Positions 9,314 to 19,273 of a stretch of DNA of 60,001 nt are shown here, in pieces. The translations under genes were made by a program, and so were the position numbers. Every line of letters starts with the position of its first letter. Position 1 is the first letter of the stretch. The notes under the pieces are model-generated. The model made no database searches and was not told where the DNA came from. It saw only the letters and a list, made by a program, of their open reading frames with translations. This DNA comes from Patescibacteria group bacterium. GTDB taxonomy: Bacteria; Patescibacteriota; WWE3; UBA101185; UBA10185. Location of the stretch: assembly GCA_016926555.1 (NCBI GenBank), contig JAFGOI010000013.1:110802-170802 (forward strand). Reading direction: 5' to 3'.

Positions 9314-10183
9314 TTACTTGGAGGCACGTGACACCGTTTTGAAGGACAGAACATCGTTTATATTCAGACCTAAATGTGCAGCTGCGTTGTTTCTGACCAT
9401 AGCGAGATCCACCATACCCGGCGGGGAGGTACTTGGATAAAGTACAAAAGAATCTGTGTCGTGACTCATCATCCTATCATTGATATATTTGGCTTCTGCG
9501 ATACATTTATTCTTTAGGTATACCTCAATATGAGCTCCAATCTTGCTGGTTAGAGCTCCGTATATCTTCACGTTGCCATAATTATCTATATGAACTATCT
9601 CCCCGTTTTTAATATTTAATGGAACAATTTTATCCTTGCTGATATTGTCTCCAAACTTTTTGTAGTCAACATCTAATGCTAGTGCGGTCGCTATTGCCCC
9701 ATAAATTACGTGTGCGCTAAAAGTTTTGTAGGCTGGATTAGTGTTGAGTATTTTTTCGATATCTTTGGGAGGATTTTGCCCAGGGAGGTAGATAATTTTA
9801 CCATCAACAATAAATGGGTATAACTTTTTGACCCGAATAAGGTATTCGAATTCAAAGTCGTTTGCAAGCCAACCAAAAATACCATTGTTAGAACCGATAT
9901 AAATAATGTCTCTGTCTTTGAGTTTACAAATCAGATCGTCTTTAAATATCGGGTGCGGGGCGACATTAGTAAATATTACTGCAGGGCAAGAGAAATGTTT
10001 GGTTAAAAGTCTTGTAATAAACGCACCATGTGTAATAGACAACTCTTTAACGGAGGCTAGAGGAGCAATGTCTATCAGTTTTTTAGACATACTTTGAGCG
10101 ATAGATTGCATGACGGCGTACATCTCGTTGTAGCTTACATCAGAGATATCGGATATTACTTGTATTATTCTGTGAGTTTTCAT
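9314..10183 (-). CDS. SAM hydroxide adenosyltransferase / chlorinase / fluorinase family (DUF62), divergent
   Basis: N-terminal ISD, YIGSNNGIF, HIDNYGNV, and C-terminal NAAAHLGL..D motifs. Confidence 0.75.
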   Translation of the reverse strand: MKTHRIIQVISDISDVSYNEMYAVMQSIAQSMSKKLIDIAPLASVKELSITHGAFITRLLTKHFSCPAVIFTNVAPHPIFKDDLICKLKDRDIIYIGSNNGIFGWLANDFEFEYLIRVKKLYPFIVDGKIIYLPGQNPPKDIEKILNTNPAYKTFSAHVIYGAIATALALDVDYKKFGDNISKDKIVPLNIKNGEIVHIDNYGNVKIYGALTSKIGAHIEVYLKNKCIAEAKYINDRMMSHDTDSFVLYPSTSPPGMVDLAMVRNNAAAHLGLNINDVLSFKTVSRASK

Positions 10184-10266
10184 GGGAGTAGTTTATCAGG
10201 ATAAATTGGAAAGTCAAAAAGTTTTTATTTCTCTTGAGACCGTTCGGAAGCTGCAATTACTAAGGA

Positions 10267-10302
10267 ATAACCCGAGATCAAAGTTGATCAATCTCGGGTT
10301 AT
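10267..10302. repeat. Perfect 12-bp inverted repeat (hairpin)
   Basis: ATAACCCGAGAT-N12-ATCTCGGGTTAT. Confidence 0.8.
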
Positions 10303-10315
10303 CGCGAAAATCCTT

Positions 10316-10686
10316 TTATGTGACGTGCCCGCTGTGGCGGGAACGAACTACCAGCCTCTCGCGCGTCTCTCAACGGCACTGAGAGGTACCGAGACCTCCG
10401 TACCGCCACAGAGCTGACCGCTTTTAGCGCGCATCTTCACTGTATCGCCAGAGATTTCGAGAACTTCAAAGGCTGTATCCTTCACCGAGATCGCATTATC
10501 TCCCTGCCCGAAGCGTCTATCGGCTGACCTACGTCCCCGAAGCATATAGTACGCCTGTTTGAAAGCGTTCCTTACTGTCCCTCGTTCACTCTTGGGATAC
10601 ACTGTATCCCCGACTTTAATAGTCATTTTTGTGCTCCTTTCTTTGTATTGACAATGACAACCAATGGAAATCCATACGTCACATAA
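10316..10686. repeat. 11-bp inverted repeats flanking a GC-rich single-ORF segment
   Basis: TTATGTGACGT at 10316-10326 and ACGTCACATAA at 10676-10686. Confidence 0.55.
10348..10626 (-). CDS. GC-rich orphan small protein (92 aa), possibly SH3-like
   Basis: SD AAGGAG before ATG; IKVGDTV...FEVLEISGDTVKM...VSVPLS pattern; 57-65% GC in counted 60-nt lines. Confidence 0.65.
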   Translation of the reverse strand: MTIKVGDTVYPKSERGTVRNAFKQAYYMLRGRRSADRRFGQGDNAISVKDTAFEVLEISGDTVKMRAKSGQLCGGTEVSVPLSAVERRARGW

Positions 10687-10762
10687 GTGATTTTGTGGAT
10701 TATAGCAAATTTAACTAGCCCGGTGCAGCTATAGGATATATTGCCGTGATATAATTACAAAC

Positions 10763-11662
10763 ATGACAAGAAAAAAAGTCATAGAGTTACTCCTGCAAAA
10801 ATATAGTTTTTCAAAAGACGAAAAAAAGATTTTATTAATGCTGTGTGAAAGAAGCGCCTCTGCACCGGAGATTTTAGCTAATACAACAGTATCAAGCGGG
10901 AGAATATATAAAATTCTAGGGAAATTAGAGGAGATAGGAGTTGTTGTAAGAGAAGGTGTGAAACCGTCGATTTATTCAATGGAACCTTTTCAAGACTGTA
11001 TTAACAAATTTTTGGAATTTAAGCTAAAAGAAGAAACACAATCTCAGGGAGATATTTTGAATTTGATTTCCAAAATCGATAGAAGTGCAAACGCGGAAGT
11101 TATTCAGGATACAAAAAAGAGATTCGACATGGAAATAATAAACATGAATACCTCATGCGCGTGGTTGAAGTTAATTCATAAGGATGGTGGAATTCCATGG
11201 TTTTTATACGCGTTTTTCCCTGAAGAAAGTTTTTTTAAAGTTCGAAACCATATGGTTAGACAAAGAGTCATTGGTTCATCTGCAGTAGAATTTGACTTAC
11301 TTCAAAAACGCAGGAGCTATCTTGAATTGTACGAAAAAGCTGATGTAGAACATATAATGCAAACAAAGGATCTAGATAAGTACACCAAAGATCTAGAAGA
11401 GATATTTGGCAAGGATACTCCGGACTACATAAAGCAAATTAACAAAAATCTAAAATCACATAGTAAGGTAAAAATATATTTGGTGGAACATATGATCTCA
11501 CCATTTTCAGTTTATATATACGATAAAGAAGTTATAATGCCTATTTTTACAAACAGGAACCAAAATAGGATGGTCAGAATGTCTGGTAATGAATTTGTAG
11601 ATATCTATTTAGATTATTTTCTATCTTTTAGAAAAACGGCACAGAAAATTATGGGTTTGTAG
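10763..11662 (+). CDS. TrmB family transcriptional regulator
   Basis: wHTH region (ASAPEILANTTVSSGRIYKILGKLEEIGVV...IYSMEP) and C-terminal effector-like domain. Confidence 0.75.
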   Translation: MTRKKVIELLLQKYSFSKDEKKILLMLCERSASAPEILANTTVSSGRIYKILGKLEEIGVVVREGVKPSIYSMEPFQDCINKFLEFKLKEETQSQGDILNLISKIDRSANAEVIQDTKKRFDMEIINMNTSCAWLKLIHKDGGIPWFLYAFFPEESFFKVRNHMVRQRVIGSSAVEFDLLQKRRSYLELYEKADVEHIMQTKDLDKYTKDLEEIFGKDTPDYIKQINKNLKSHSKVKIYLVEHMISPFSVYIYDKEVIMPIFTNRNQNRMVRMSGNEFVDIYLDYFLSFRKTAQKIMGL

Positions 11663-11667
11663 ATTCG

Positions 11668-12396
11668 ATGATGCAGAAAACCCAAACAAAAACTTTACAG
11701 CTTCTTTCCAGATTTGCCTTGCCTCCAAATTCGCTTGGTTACTGCGGAAAAGATTCTGCTGTAGAAAAGCTAAAAAAATGTATAACTTCGGGTGTATGTG
11801 ATGCGGTTGAAAAAGAAATAAGCAAATTTATTGTTTTATATCCCTATCTAAAGACCATATCAGAAATATCTAATAGGGATGTGTTTGACTATAAAGTAGT
11901 GGAGTGTTTTTGGCTTGGAAACGATCTTGTCAAGAGAGCTAAACCTAAACATTATGATTTGCTGATCAAGAACTTTTCTTCACAGGGTGTTTTGGAAAGT
12001 GTGATCGAGGATTTAAGGATAAATACACCAAAGGTGTTTCTGCCGTTCCACTTGTTTCAGGTTCTTCATATCGGTGTAGGAAAATGCAGCGGCTCGGTGC
12101 CTTTTAACATGGATTCCGTAAATAATTGCATGATTCGCTGGGGAGAAGTTGAAAAAATAACTAAGTCTCATGTTTTAGTTAATCTGTATAGTCTTACTGT
12201 CAAAAAGGGATGCTATCACATCATTAAAAAACGGGAGAAATTTAGTTTTGACCCGGAAATAATCAAAGGAGTTAAACTTGGAGATATGGTTTCAGTGCAT
12301 TGGCGAGTACCAAACAAAATTCTGGAGGAAGAAGAAATAAAAAACCTGGAACATTGGTCTTGCAAAACAGTTGAGTTTATAAATTCCGGTAATTAA
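11668..12396 (+). CDS. DUF6390 family protein
   Basis: RFALPPNSLGYCG, LYPYL, VVECFWLGN, PFHLFQV, NCMIRWG and GDMVSVHW motifs. Confidence 0.8.
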   Translation: MMQKTQTKTLQLLSRFALPPNSLGYCGKDSAVEKLKKCITSGVCDAVEKEISKFIVLYPYLKTISEISNRDVFDYKVVECFWLGNDLVKRAKPKHYDLLIKNFSSQGVLESVIEDLRINTPKVFLPFHLFQVLHIGVGKCSGSVPFNMDSVNNCMIRWGEVEKITKSHVLVNLYSLTVKKGCYHIIKKREKFSFDPEIIKGVKLGDMVSVHWRVPNKILEEEEIKNLEHWSCKTVEFINSGN

Positions 12397-13321
12397 ACTT
12401 ACGCGATTTAGCGTCTCTGAATGAATAGTAGGTCAAACCTAATCCAAAAAATATCACTATAGATTGTATTAATACAGATGTATTTAAACTGTGTGTTATG
12501 AAGACGGCCGATAATACATTAGTTATTAAGGTGGAAGATACTAAAACTGAGGCAACAGTAACAGCGGAAATATACTTTAAAGCTCTGTATAAAAATGAGA
12601 TGTATCCAAATAGTAATGTTGAGACTAGTACCAACCATAGAATGCTGCTCTGACCAAATTTTATAGACGCTGTCTTTGGTTCGGATAAAGTCAACACAAG
12701 CAAAATTATCGCTCCTATTCCAAATCTAAATATGGCGGTGAGATCCGGTTCCACATGTCCGAGAATTTTTTGTGCAAGTATGTATTCAAAAGCCCAGAAT
12801 ACAGATGATAAGAGTATCAAAAGTTCTCCTTTGGATAGCTCAAAACCAGAAAATCCGCCAACAAGTAGATTTCCAATAAATAGTATGAATACTGCGGCCA
12901 GCATGTTCTTGTTAATTTTTTCTTTAAGTATTAACCAAGAAAACAAAGCTACCCATAAAATTATTGTCTTATTAAGAATTGCCGAATTTATGGAGGGAAC
13001 TAAGGCGAGTCCGTTAAAAAACAGATAGAATGGAATTCCTCCGCCTATTATTCCGATTAGGATTAGAAGCAGTATATCTTTTTTTGACAGTGATTTAATG
13101 GTTTTAACTTTTCTTGAAACAAAAATCACTAGTAATAATGGAACCAAAACGAGTGTGTTCTTCATAAGTGTATAGACAGAAGGCGGAGAAATAGCGTCAA
13201 CGGCAAATTTATTTAGAAATATGGAGAACCCGGATACAAGGGCAGCGCCAAAAGCGTAGCGTAGCCCTCTAGTGTGATCTGAATATTTTGTGTTAAATTT
13301 TGTTTCAATTTCAGCGTTCAT
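12377..13321 (-). CDS. EamA/DMT family transporter
   Basis: About 10 TM segments in two EamA repeats. Confidence 0.85.
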   Translation of the reverse strand: MNAEIETKFNTKYSDHTRGLRYAFGAALVSGFSIFLNKFAVDAISPPSVYTLMKNTLVLVPLLLVIFVSRKVKTIKSLSKKDILLLILIGIIGGGIPFYLFFNGLALVPSINSAILNKTIILWVALFSWLILKEKINKNMLAAVFILFIGNLLVGGFSGFELSKGELLILLSSVFWAFEYILAQKILGHVEPDLTAIFRFGIGAIILLVLTLSEPKTASIKFGQSSILWLVLVSTLLFGYISFLYRALKYISAVTVASVLVSSTLITNVLSAVFITHSLNTSVLIQSIVIFFGLGLTYYSFRDAKSRKFNYRNL

Positions 13322-13385
13322 ATTAATATTCTATCTTACATAGAGAGCTATGAAAAGGCAAATTAGGATAAAGTTTACAGCTGTA

Positions 13386-14861
13386 CTATATGTAAACCAA
13401 TCTATTCTCAATCCTTTTTGAGATATTTTGATTATTTCTTAAAAACTCTTCAAGTACTTCTTGAGCGGAAGTCGCTACTACTTTAGACATACCGGATTCC
13501 AGCAGTTCTTCATTTGTGACATCTAGATATTCGTTTGATTTATTGAAGTGATACCCCTGCATACAAATTGAGTAAAATTCGGTGTTTTCCACTGGAACAT
13601 CATTTATTTTTAAGGACATAAGGGTTTCCTTTTCGTCGTTATAGACCGCGGTTACACCTCTGTTTGTTTGGTAGCACTCCCCTTCGCTGTTGCGGTTTTC
13701 TTTTCGCATAATATGGGAGAAAATCTTTTTAAGTTTGACCCCGCTGATACTGTATCTTGTTAGGTTATCGTCGTAGGGAAAGCAGGATAGCAAGTCCATT
13801 AAAGTGACAACGGGGCCCATTTCTTTTACCCTGATTGAACCGCTTCCGACTAGCATAATATCGCACTGAGCCGTTTCGACAAACGCATCCGCGATTAAGT
13901 TTCCTAAGGAGGTCTCAATTTCCCTTTTTGGATGTGTGAGTTTCTGCGCGAACTTGCAGATTATAGTATTGTACTTTCTGTCTACTTCCTCTTTGAACGA
14001 GGTTATATACGCTTTTAGTTTTTTATCCGGTTTTGCTAGGTCGCTGTCTATTGGGATAAGCTGCCATTTGTATTCGATAATACTATTTGTGTCATCGTCC
14101 ACGGTTAGGTCGTATCTTCCGATTTGGTCGGATCCAACGCCCGCTTGAGATATTAAAATATTGTTAACTTTTTTGGGTTTTTTCAAAACTGTGTGAGAGT
14201 GGCCTCCGATAATCATATCTACTCCCCATTCCGGTTTTAGAAGTTTTGCAAGCTTTATATCTGATTCAAACCCGATATGGGTGAGTAGTATTGTTAAGTC
14301 TATGTCGTCGTTTTTGTAAGCGTTACAGATTTTACCCACTTCCCTGCTGGCCTCCTGAAGAGAAATAAAACTGCCTACAGTTTCGTCCATACTGATGGAG
14401 TCCATAACTTTCTCAGTAAGAATTCCCGTAAAGAGAATATCCATTCCGGCCTTGTTGATTATTAAGTAAGGGTTCATGAGGCGTTTGTTGTACTTTTTGA
14501 TGTACAGATTGGCGTTAACGATGGGAAAGTTAGCCATTTTTTCCAGGAAGAGCAGATGAGAGAGGCCATAGTCGAACTCGTGATTGCCCAAAGCTACAAC
14601 ATCCGGTGCGAGGTAGTTCATGATTTCCATGGTTGAGATGCCCTTGTATTCGGAGTCGATTAACGACCCTTGCACCATATCGCCCGAGATTACGTACAAA
14701 ACGTTTTCTTCCTCTTTTCTGACTTTGTTAATGTATCCGGACAGCAAGGCCAGACCCCCAATTAACTTTCCCTCTTTACCGCTGACTTCGGCGAGGAAAT
14801 CGCCGTGCATGTCGTTTGAGTGCAGTATTGTGAACTTTTTTGTTCTTTTTTTCTTCGGCAT
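13386..14861 (-). CDS. Bifunctional metallophosphatase / 5'-nucleotidase
   Basis: HSNDMHG, GDMVQGS, LGNHEFDYG, LTHIG and GGHSH motifs; C-terminal 5'-NT domain. Confidence 0.93.
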   Translation of the reverse strand: MPKKKRTKKFTILHSNDMHGDFLAEVSGKEGKLIGGLALLSGYINKVRKEEENVLYVISGDMVQGSLIDSEYKGISTMEIMNYLAPDVVALGNHEFDYGLSHLLFLEKMANFPIVNANLYIKKYNKRLMNPYLIINKAGMDILFTGILTEKVMDSISMDETVGSFISLQEASREVGKICNAYKNDDIDLTILLTHIGFESDIKLAKLLKPEWGVDMIIGGHSHTVLKKPKKVNNILISQAGVGSDQIGRYDLTVDDDTNSIIEYKWQLIPIDSDLAKPDKKLKAYITSFKEEVDRKYNTIICKFAQKLTHPKREIETSLGNLIADAFVETAQCDIMLVGSGSIRVKEMGPVVTLMDLLSCFPYDDNLTRYSISGVKLKKIFSHIMRKENRNSEGECYQTNRGVTAVYNDEKETLMSLKINDVPVENTEFYSICMQGYHFNKSNEYLDVTNEELLESGMSKVVATSAQEVLEEFLRNNQNISKRIENRLVYI

Positions 14862-15049
14862 AAGATTTTTAGTGCAGCTTGTGTTGAGCGGGAATTTCGT
14901 TTTGTTTTCTTAGTAATAGACTAAAAGTTTGTGAAGTTCAAGTGGTTTGGGTTAATTGTTTGATGGCACTATTTATTTGAGTTTATTAGTCAGAATATCT
15001 TGATATACTTACTGTATGCTTCGCAGAATGTCTTCTGCAAGAAGAACAA

Positions 15050-15276
15050 ATGGGAGAGCTGGGAGGAGTTGCGGATTTAAAAGAACAGCATATAAGTTAC
15101 GAGCAGTATTTTTTTATCAAAGAGATAGCTGAGAGATTAGTTCCACTGTGTAAAGGAAGGACTGCGTGTTTATGTACACCTACAATCGCGGAAGCCGCTC
15201 CAGAAGAAGGTAAAGACGTAACTCTATTTGACATTGGTTCCAGGTTGGATGCTCTCTTTGGTCAAGCTACTTATGT
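15050..15276 (+). pseudogene. N-terminal remnant of an EEF1AKMT1/N6AMT2-like methyltransferase
   Basis: YEQYFF, ACLCTPT and LFDIGSRL motifs; similarity stops where the convergent gene ends. Confidence 0.5.
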
Positions 15277-15594
15277 TCATTTATCATCGCAAGCTTCGCC
15301 AGTTTCTGGATTTATACTGGAAACTTTCCCATCACACAAAAAAGTACATTCCTTATATTTAACCCGCCATAAAGAGGAAATTCCCTCGTCCCAAAGCCTA
15401 TCCTTGCAGCTTAGTTTTTTCTTGTTTCCGTAGCATTTTTCTACGCATTTCGGAATATCGGTGTAGTGTTCTGTGAATATAATTCCTATGTAATCTTCGC
15501 TGCCTTTATTTTTATTCTTTTCAATGTAATAAGTTAAGCCGGTAACTAAGAGAGTCAGAATTCCAAAGAAATAAAATATCTTCTTTTTAGGCAT
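15277..15594 (-). CDS. Small membrane-anchored/secreted Cys-rich protein
   Basis: N-terminal TM helix; six Cys in the extracytoplasmic part. Confidence 0.6.
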   Translation of the reverse strand: MPKKKIFYFFGILTLLVTGLTYYIEKNKNKGSEDYIGIIFTEHYTDIPKCVEKCYGNKKKLSCKDRLWDEGISSLWRVKYKECTFLCDGKVSSINPETGEACDDK

Positions 15595-15725
15595 AAGCTA
15601 TATACTACTAAACTTTTTGATAATAATTTACTAATTTGTGTGACAATATGTGGAAAATTTCATAGATTCTTCGGGTTTATTTATAATTCTGTCGTCAGCG
15701 CACTGACGACCAAAGCCCAACATAC

Positions 15726-15752
15726 TTGACACTCCCACAATTAGAGTGCTAT
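15726..15752 (+). promoter_or_regulatory. CIRCE-like operator overlapping the sigma70-type promoter of groES
   Basis: TTGACACTC-N9-GAGTGCTAT versus consensus TTAGCACTC-N9-GAGTGCTAA; left arm contains a -35 TTGACA. Confidence 0.8.
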
Positions 15753-15825
15753 ATACATATGTGCCCAAATTGTTATTATTAAATATACTTAAGTATAAAT
15801 TTACATTTATTAACGGAGAAAATTT

Positions 15826-16131
15826 ATGGCAGCAACAAAAAGTAAAACCATTAAACCCCTAGCGGATTATGTATTAATCGAACCCGTGGAAAAAGAAACC
15901 ACAACTCCCTCTGGCATTGTTATTCCGGACACAGTAAAAGAAAAACCTCAGGAAGGCCGAGTTGTAGCGGTTGGCCCCGGCAGGTTAAATGAAAAAGGTG
16001 AGAGAGTAACCATGGAAGTAAAAGTTAAAGATGTGGTTATGTATAAAAAATGGGGTGGTACGGAAATTAAAGTCGAAGGTAAAGATATTCTCTTAGTTAA
16101 AGAAGAGGATATTTTGGCGATTGTTAAGTAA
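15826..16131 (+). CDS. groS: Co-chaperonin GroES
   Basis: IKPLADYVLIEP...SGIVIPDTVKEKPQEGRVVAVGPG. Confidence 0.98.
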   Translation: MAATKSKTIKPLADYVLIEPVEKETTTPSGIVIPDTVKEKPQEGRVVAVGPGRLNEKGERVTMEVKVKDVVMYKKWGGTEIKVEGKDILLVKEEDILAIVK

Positions 16132-16155
16132 TTTGCCTAATTAAGGAGGAAAAAA

Positions 16156-17811
16156 ATGTCTGCAAAAATGATGATATATCAAGAAGAAGCAAGAAAAAAG
16201 CTTAAAGCGGGTGTGGACGCGCTTGCTAAAGCAGTTGCTACAACAGTCGGTCCAAAAGGAGCGAATGTAGCTTTGGATAAAAGCTGGGGGGCACCTCAAG
16301 TCGTAAATGACGGTGTCACTATAGCCAAAGAAATTGATCTTGAAGATAAATTTGAGAATATGGGAGCGCAGCTGGTAAAAGAAGCGGCCTCCAGGACTAA
16401 TGACGTTGCCGGAGACGGTACAACCACAGCGACCATATTAGCCCAGGCTTTAGTAGAATCGGGGCTTAAAAACGTTTCAGCGGGAGCTAATTCCATGATT
16501 CTGCGGGAGGGGCTTGAAAAGGCCGCGAAAGTAGCAGTTGAGGAAATCAAGAAAATATCCAAGCCAATAACCGACAAAGAGGAAAAAGCTCAGGTTGCCA
16601 CAATTTCGGCTCAAAGCAGAGAAATTGGAGATATTATCGCCGAAGCAATGGAGAAAGTCGGAAATAACGGGGTTATAACAGTAGAGGAAGGCAAGGGCTT
16701 TGAAATGGAACTGGAATACAAAGAGGGTATGCAGTTTGATAAAGGCTACGCGTCGCCCTATTTTGTGACCAATCCCGACAAGATGGAAGCGGAGATTGAC
16801 GATGCTTACATTTTAGTGACTGATGCGAAGATTTCAAACATGCAGGACTTGCTTCCGATGCTTGAAAACTTTGTGAAAGTATCTAAAAATCTGGTGATTA
16901 TTTCTGAAGATGTTGAAGGCGAAGCACTTGCTACCTTAGTAGTCAACAAATTGAGGGGAACATTTAACGCCCTAGCAGTGAAAGCACCTGGTTTTGGCGA
17001 CAGAAGAAAAGCTATGTTAGAAGATATAGCGGTTTTAACCGGAGCAGCCGTAATCAGCGCGGACACAGGTCGAAAACTGGAATCAGTAACCGTTGAAGAT
17101 TTGGGAAGAGCTGAAAAAGTAATTTCAGACAAAGACAACACTACAATAGTTGGCGGCAAAGGTACCGAAAAAGCTGTTGACGATAGAATAGCTCAGATCG
17201 AGAAACAAATTGAAAGTTCTTCGAGTGATTATGATAAAGAAAAACTCCAGGAAAGACTTGCCAAACTTAGTGGTGGTGTGGCTGTAATTAGCGTAGGTGC
17301 CGCAACTGAAGCTGAAATGAAAGAAAAGAAGCTGAGAGTTGAAGATGCCGTGAACGCTACAAAAGCAGCCGTTGAAGAAGGAATTGTTCCCGGAGGCGGA
17401 ATAGCTTTGCTAAGAGCGCGAGAAGCTCTGAACAAGTTGGATTTGGAAGGCGATGAGGCTACAGGTGTACGTATTTTGGTGGAGGCTCTTGAGAAACCAA
17501 CCAGATTAATAGTTGAAAATGCCGGTTTAGATGGAGGAAGGGTTTTAGCCGAAATAGATAGGCAGTCAGTTCAGAAAAAGAATCCGCGCTTAGGTTTTAA
17601 CGTAATGACCATGAAATATGTAGATATGGTAGAAGACGGTATACTGGACCCAGCAAAAGTTACCAGGAGCGCACTTCAGAATGCTGTTTCTGTGGCCATA
17701 ATGATAATGACCACGGATGCTTTGGTTACGGATGTACCTAAGAAAGAAGATTCCGGTGCGGGAGCAGCCGGTATGGGTGGCGGAATGGGGGGCATGGGTG
17801 GAATGATGTAA
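16156..17811 (+). CDS. groL: Chaperonin GroEL
   Basis: [21 protein letters not shown] and GGM tail. Confidence 0.99.
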   Translation: MSAKMMIYQEEARKKLKAGVDALAKAVATTVGPKGANVALDKSWGAPQVVNDGVTIAKEIDLEDKFENMGAQLVKEAASRTNDVAGDGTTTATILAQALVESGLKNVSAGANSMILREGLEKAAKVAVEEIKKISKPITDKEEKAQVATISAQSREIGDIIAEAMEKVGNNGVITVEEGKGFEMELEYKEGMQFDKGYASPYFVTNPDKMEAEIDDAYILVTDAKISNMQDLLPMLENFVKVSKNLVIISEDVEGEALATLVVNKLRGTFNALAVKAPGFGDRRKAMLEDIAVLTGAAVISADTGRKLESVTVEDLGRAEKVISDKDNTTIVGGKGTEKAVDDRIAQIEKQIESSSSDYDKEKLQERLAKLSGGVAVISVGAATEAEMKEKKLRVEDAVNATKAAVEEGIVPGGGIALLRAREALNKLDLEGDEATGVRILVEALEKPTRLIVENAGLDGGRVLAEIDRQSVQKKNPRLGFNVMTMKYVDMVEDGILDPAKVTRSALQNAVSVAIMIMTTDALVTDVPKKEDSGAGAAGMGGGMGGMGGMM

Positions 17812-17888
17812 GCTTGTTCCGCTAGGGTTTCAGCGGTTTCCGAACTTACCAAATCCCTGGGTACCGCGTTGTTTTGAAGTTTGTTTGT

Positions 17889-17915
17889 GGGGGCGGCGCT
17901 TTGCGCCGCCCCCTT
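17889..17915 (+). terminator. Intrinsic terminator-like hairpin after groEL
   Basis: GGGGGCGGCGC-TTT-GCGCCGCCCCC 11-bp stem; weak U tract. Confidence 0.75.
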
Positions 17916-17939
17916 CAATTAAGCTAAAATACAAAAATA

Positions 17940-18725
17940 ATGTTAAAAATACCAATCTCATACAGCGTACTACCACACATATATCCAGACTCATCAGAAA
18001 TAAAAGTTAAGGACATACAAATACCCTTTGATATAAAGGATTTGATTGATAAAACGGAAAACGTAATACGTTTCGCAGACGAAAGATATCAAATGAAGGG
18101 CATGGTTCCAGACAATACAAAAACACATACGATAAGGTGTGTTTTGCGCGCTAAGAGCAAATTTCCAAAAAATACAGATTTGCAAAGGAGGTTATGGATA
18201 CATGATATTCCAGAAATTGTTGCAGATGTAGATGAGAATGCTGTGAGCAGGTTTAATAATCAAGTTCTTGCCGAAGAGCAGAACGATAAGGAATTCAGTT
18301 TTGCGGCTACAATTTTCAATGATTCTGATTTATCGCTGTATAAAGATTTTATAAGAGCGGAAAGATTGTTGTCGAACAGATCTCTTGATTATCCCGAGTC
18401 AGAAAATTCTATGTTGGCAAAAATAATTGACACTATAGATGGAAACCTTGTTTATACATATTTTTTTGTGAGATGGTTAAAAGAAAATGATTATAACGGC
18501 TCAGTTCCTCCGGAGAGTGTGTTTAAGTATGCTTCTGCTTTTTATAAATTGGCCTCAAGTATGGTGCGGATGTCTGATTACTCAAGTGGTTTTAAAAGTG
18601 CTGCACAAAATCTTTTGGATGATCAGCTAAAAATAAGTCTGACCTTATGGGAAAAACTAGATGAAGAAAGGATTCCACCTAAAATGAAGGAACAGCTGGA
18701 GTATATAGAAAAACTTCTGAACTAG
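17940..18725 (+). CDS. HD-domain phosphohydrolase (YfbR-like)
   Basis: KTHTIRC...WIHDIPEIVAD...KIIDTIDG metal-binding pattern. Confidence 0.6.
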   Translation: MLKIPISYSVLPHIYPDSSEIKVKDIQIPFDIKDLIDKTENVIRFADERYQMKGMVPDNTKTHTIRCVLRAKSKFPKNTDLQRRLWIHDIPEIVADVDENAVSRFNNQVLAEEQNDKEFSFAATIFNDSDLSLYKDFIRAERLLSNRSLDYPESENSMLAKIIDTIDGNLVYTYFFVRWLKENDYNGSVPPESVFKYASAFYKLASSMVRMSDYSSGFKSAAQNLLDDQLKISLTLWEKLDEERIPPKMKEQLEYIEKLLN

Positions 18726-18741
18726 ATTAAAATCAAGTATA

Positions 18742-18770
18742 TAAAGAAAATCCCGGAGCTAGTCCGGGAT
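18742..18770 (-). terminator. Intrinsic terminator after hsp20
   Basis: ATCCCGGA-N5-TCCGGGAT followed by TTTCTTT on the minus strand. Confidence 0.75.
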
Positions 18771-18797
18771 CTCCAAATTTCTGTGGTTGTCTGCTAA

Positions 18798-19229
18798 TTA
18801 TTTAAGCTTTTTTTTGACTTCGATTTGTTTTGGTTTTTCCTCTTCTGTTTTTGGTACTTTTATCTCAACAACACCGTTTTCTACTTCAGCTTCAGCTTGA
18901 GATGCGTCTACCATTCTTGGTAAACTTGTTGAATAATTGAAGGATTTTTGGCAAGTGCTTTTATATACAGTTTTTTTTCCTTCTTTTTCCTCATCTGTTT
19001 CTTCCTGGGACGCACTAATTGTGAGTACGTTTCCTTCAATTGTTACTTTAACGTTTTCTTCTTTTATTCCGGGAACTTGTGCCTTAACTACTACGTGATC
19101 ATCTGTTTCATATATATCCATTCCGGAAAGTGCCGCATCGTCAGAAATGCTTGGCCAATTATTCCATAAGTCATCATCAAAAACAGATGGCCACCAAGGT
19201 CCCATTTTTCTCCATTTAACTATTGCCAT
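18798..19229 (-). CDS. Hsp20/alpha-crystallin small heat-shock protein
   Basis: MDIYETDDHVVVKAQVPG...LPRMVD...AEVENGVVEIKVPK; strong SD GGAGGTG. Confidence 0.95.
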   Translation of the reverse strand: MAIVKWRKMGPWWPSVFDDDLWNNWPSISDDAALSGMDIYETDDHVVVKAQVPGIKEENVKVTIEGNVLTISASQEETDEEKEGKKTVYKSTCQKSFNYSTSLPRMVDASQAEAEVENGVVEIKVPKTEEEKPKQIEVKKKLK

Positions 19230-19273
19230 ACACTTCTCACCTCCTCTACGACAAAAAAACTAAAACTATCACA

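Noticed and set aside
10264-10305. Hairpins as integron attC sites (also 52457 and 53781)
   Set aside because: They lack the RYYYAAC/GTTRRRY core pair and typical length; no integrase in the window
15649-15657. Single DnaA-box-like 9-mer TGTGGAAAA
   Set aside because: Isolated, with no cluster or dnaA nearby
16296-17918. Antisense and overlapping short ORFs in groEL and other long genes
   Set aside because: Shadow ORFs of well-supported genes on the opposite strand or frame
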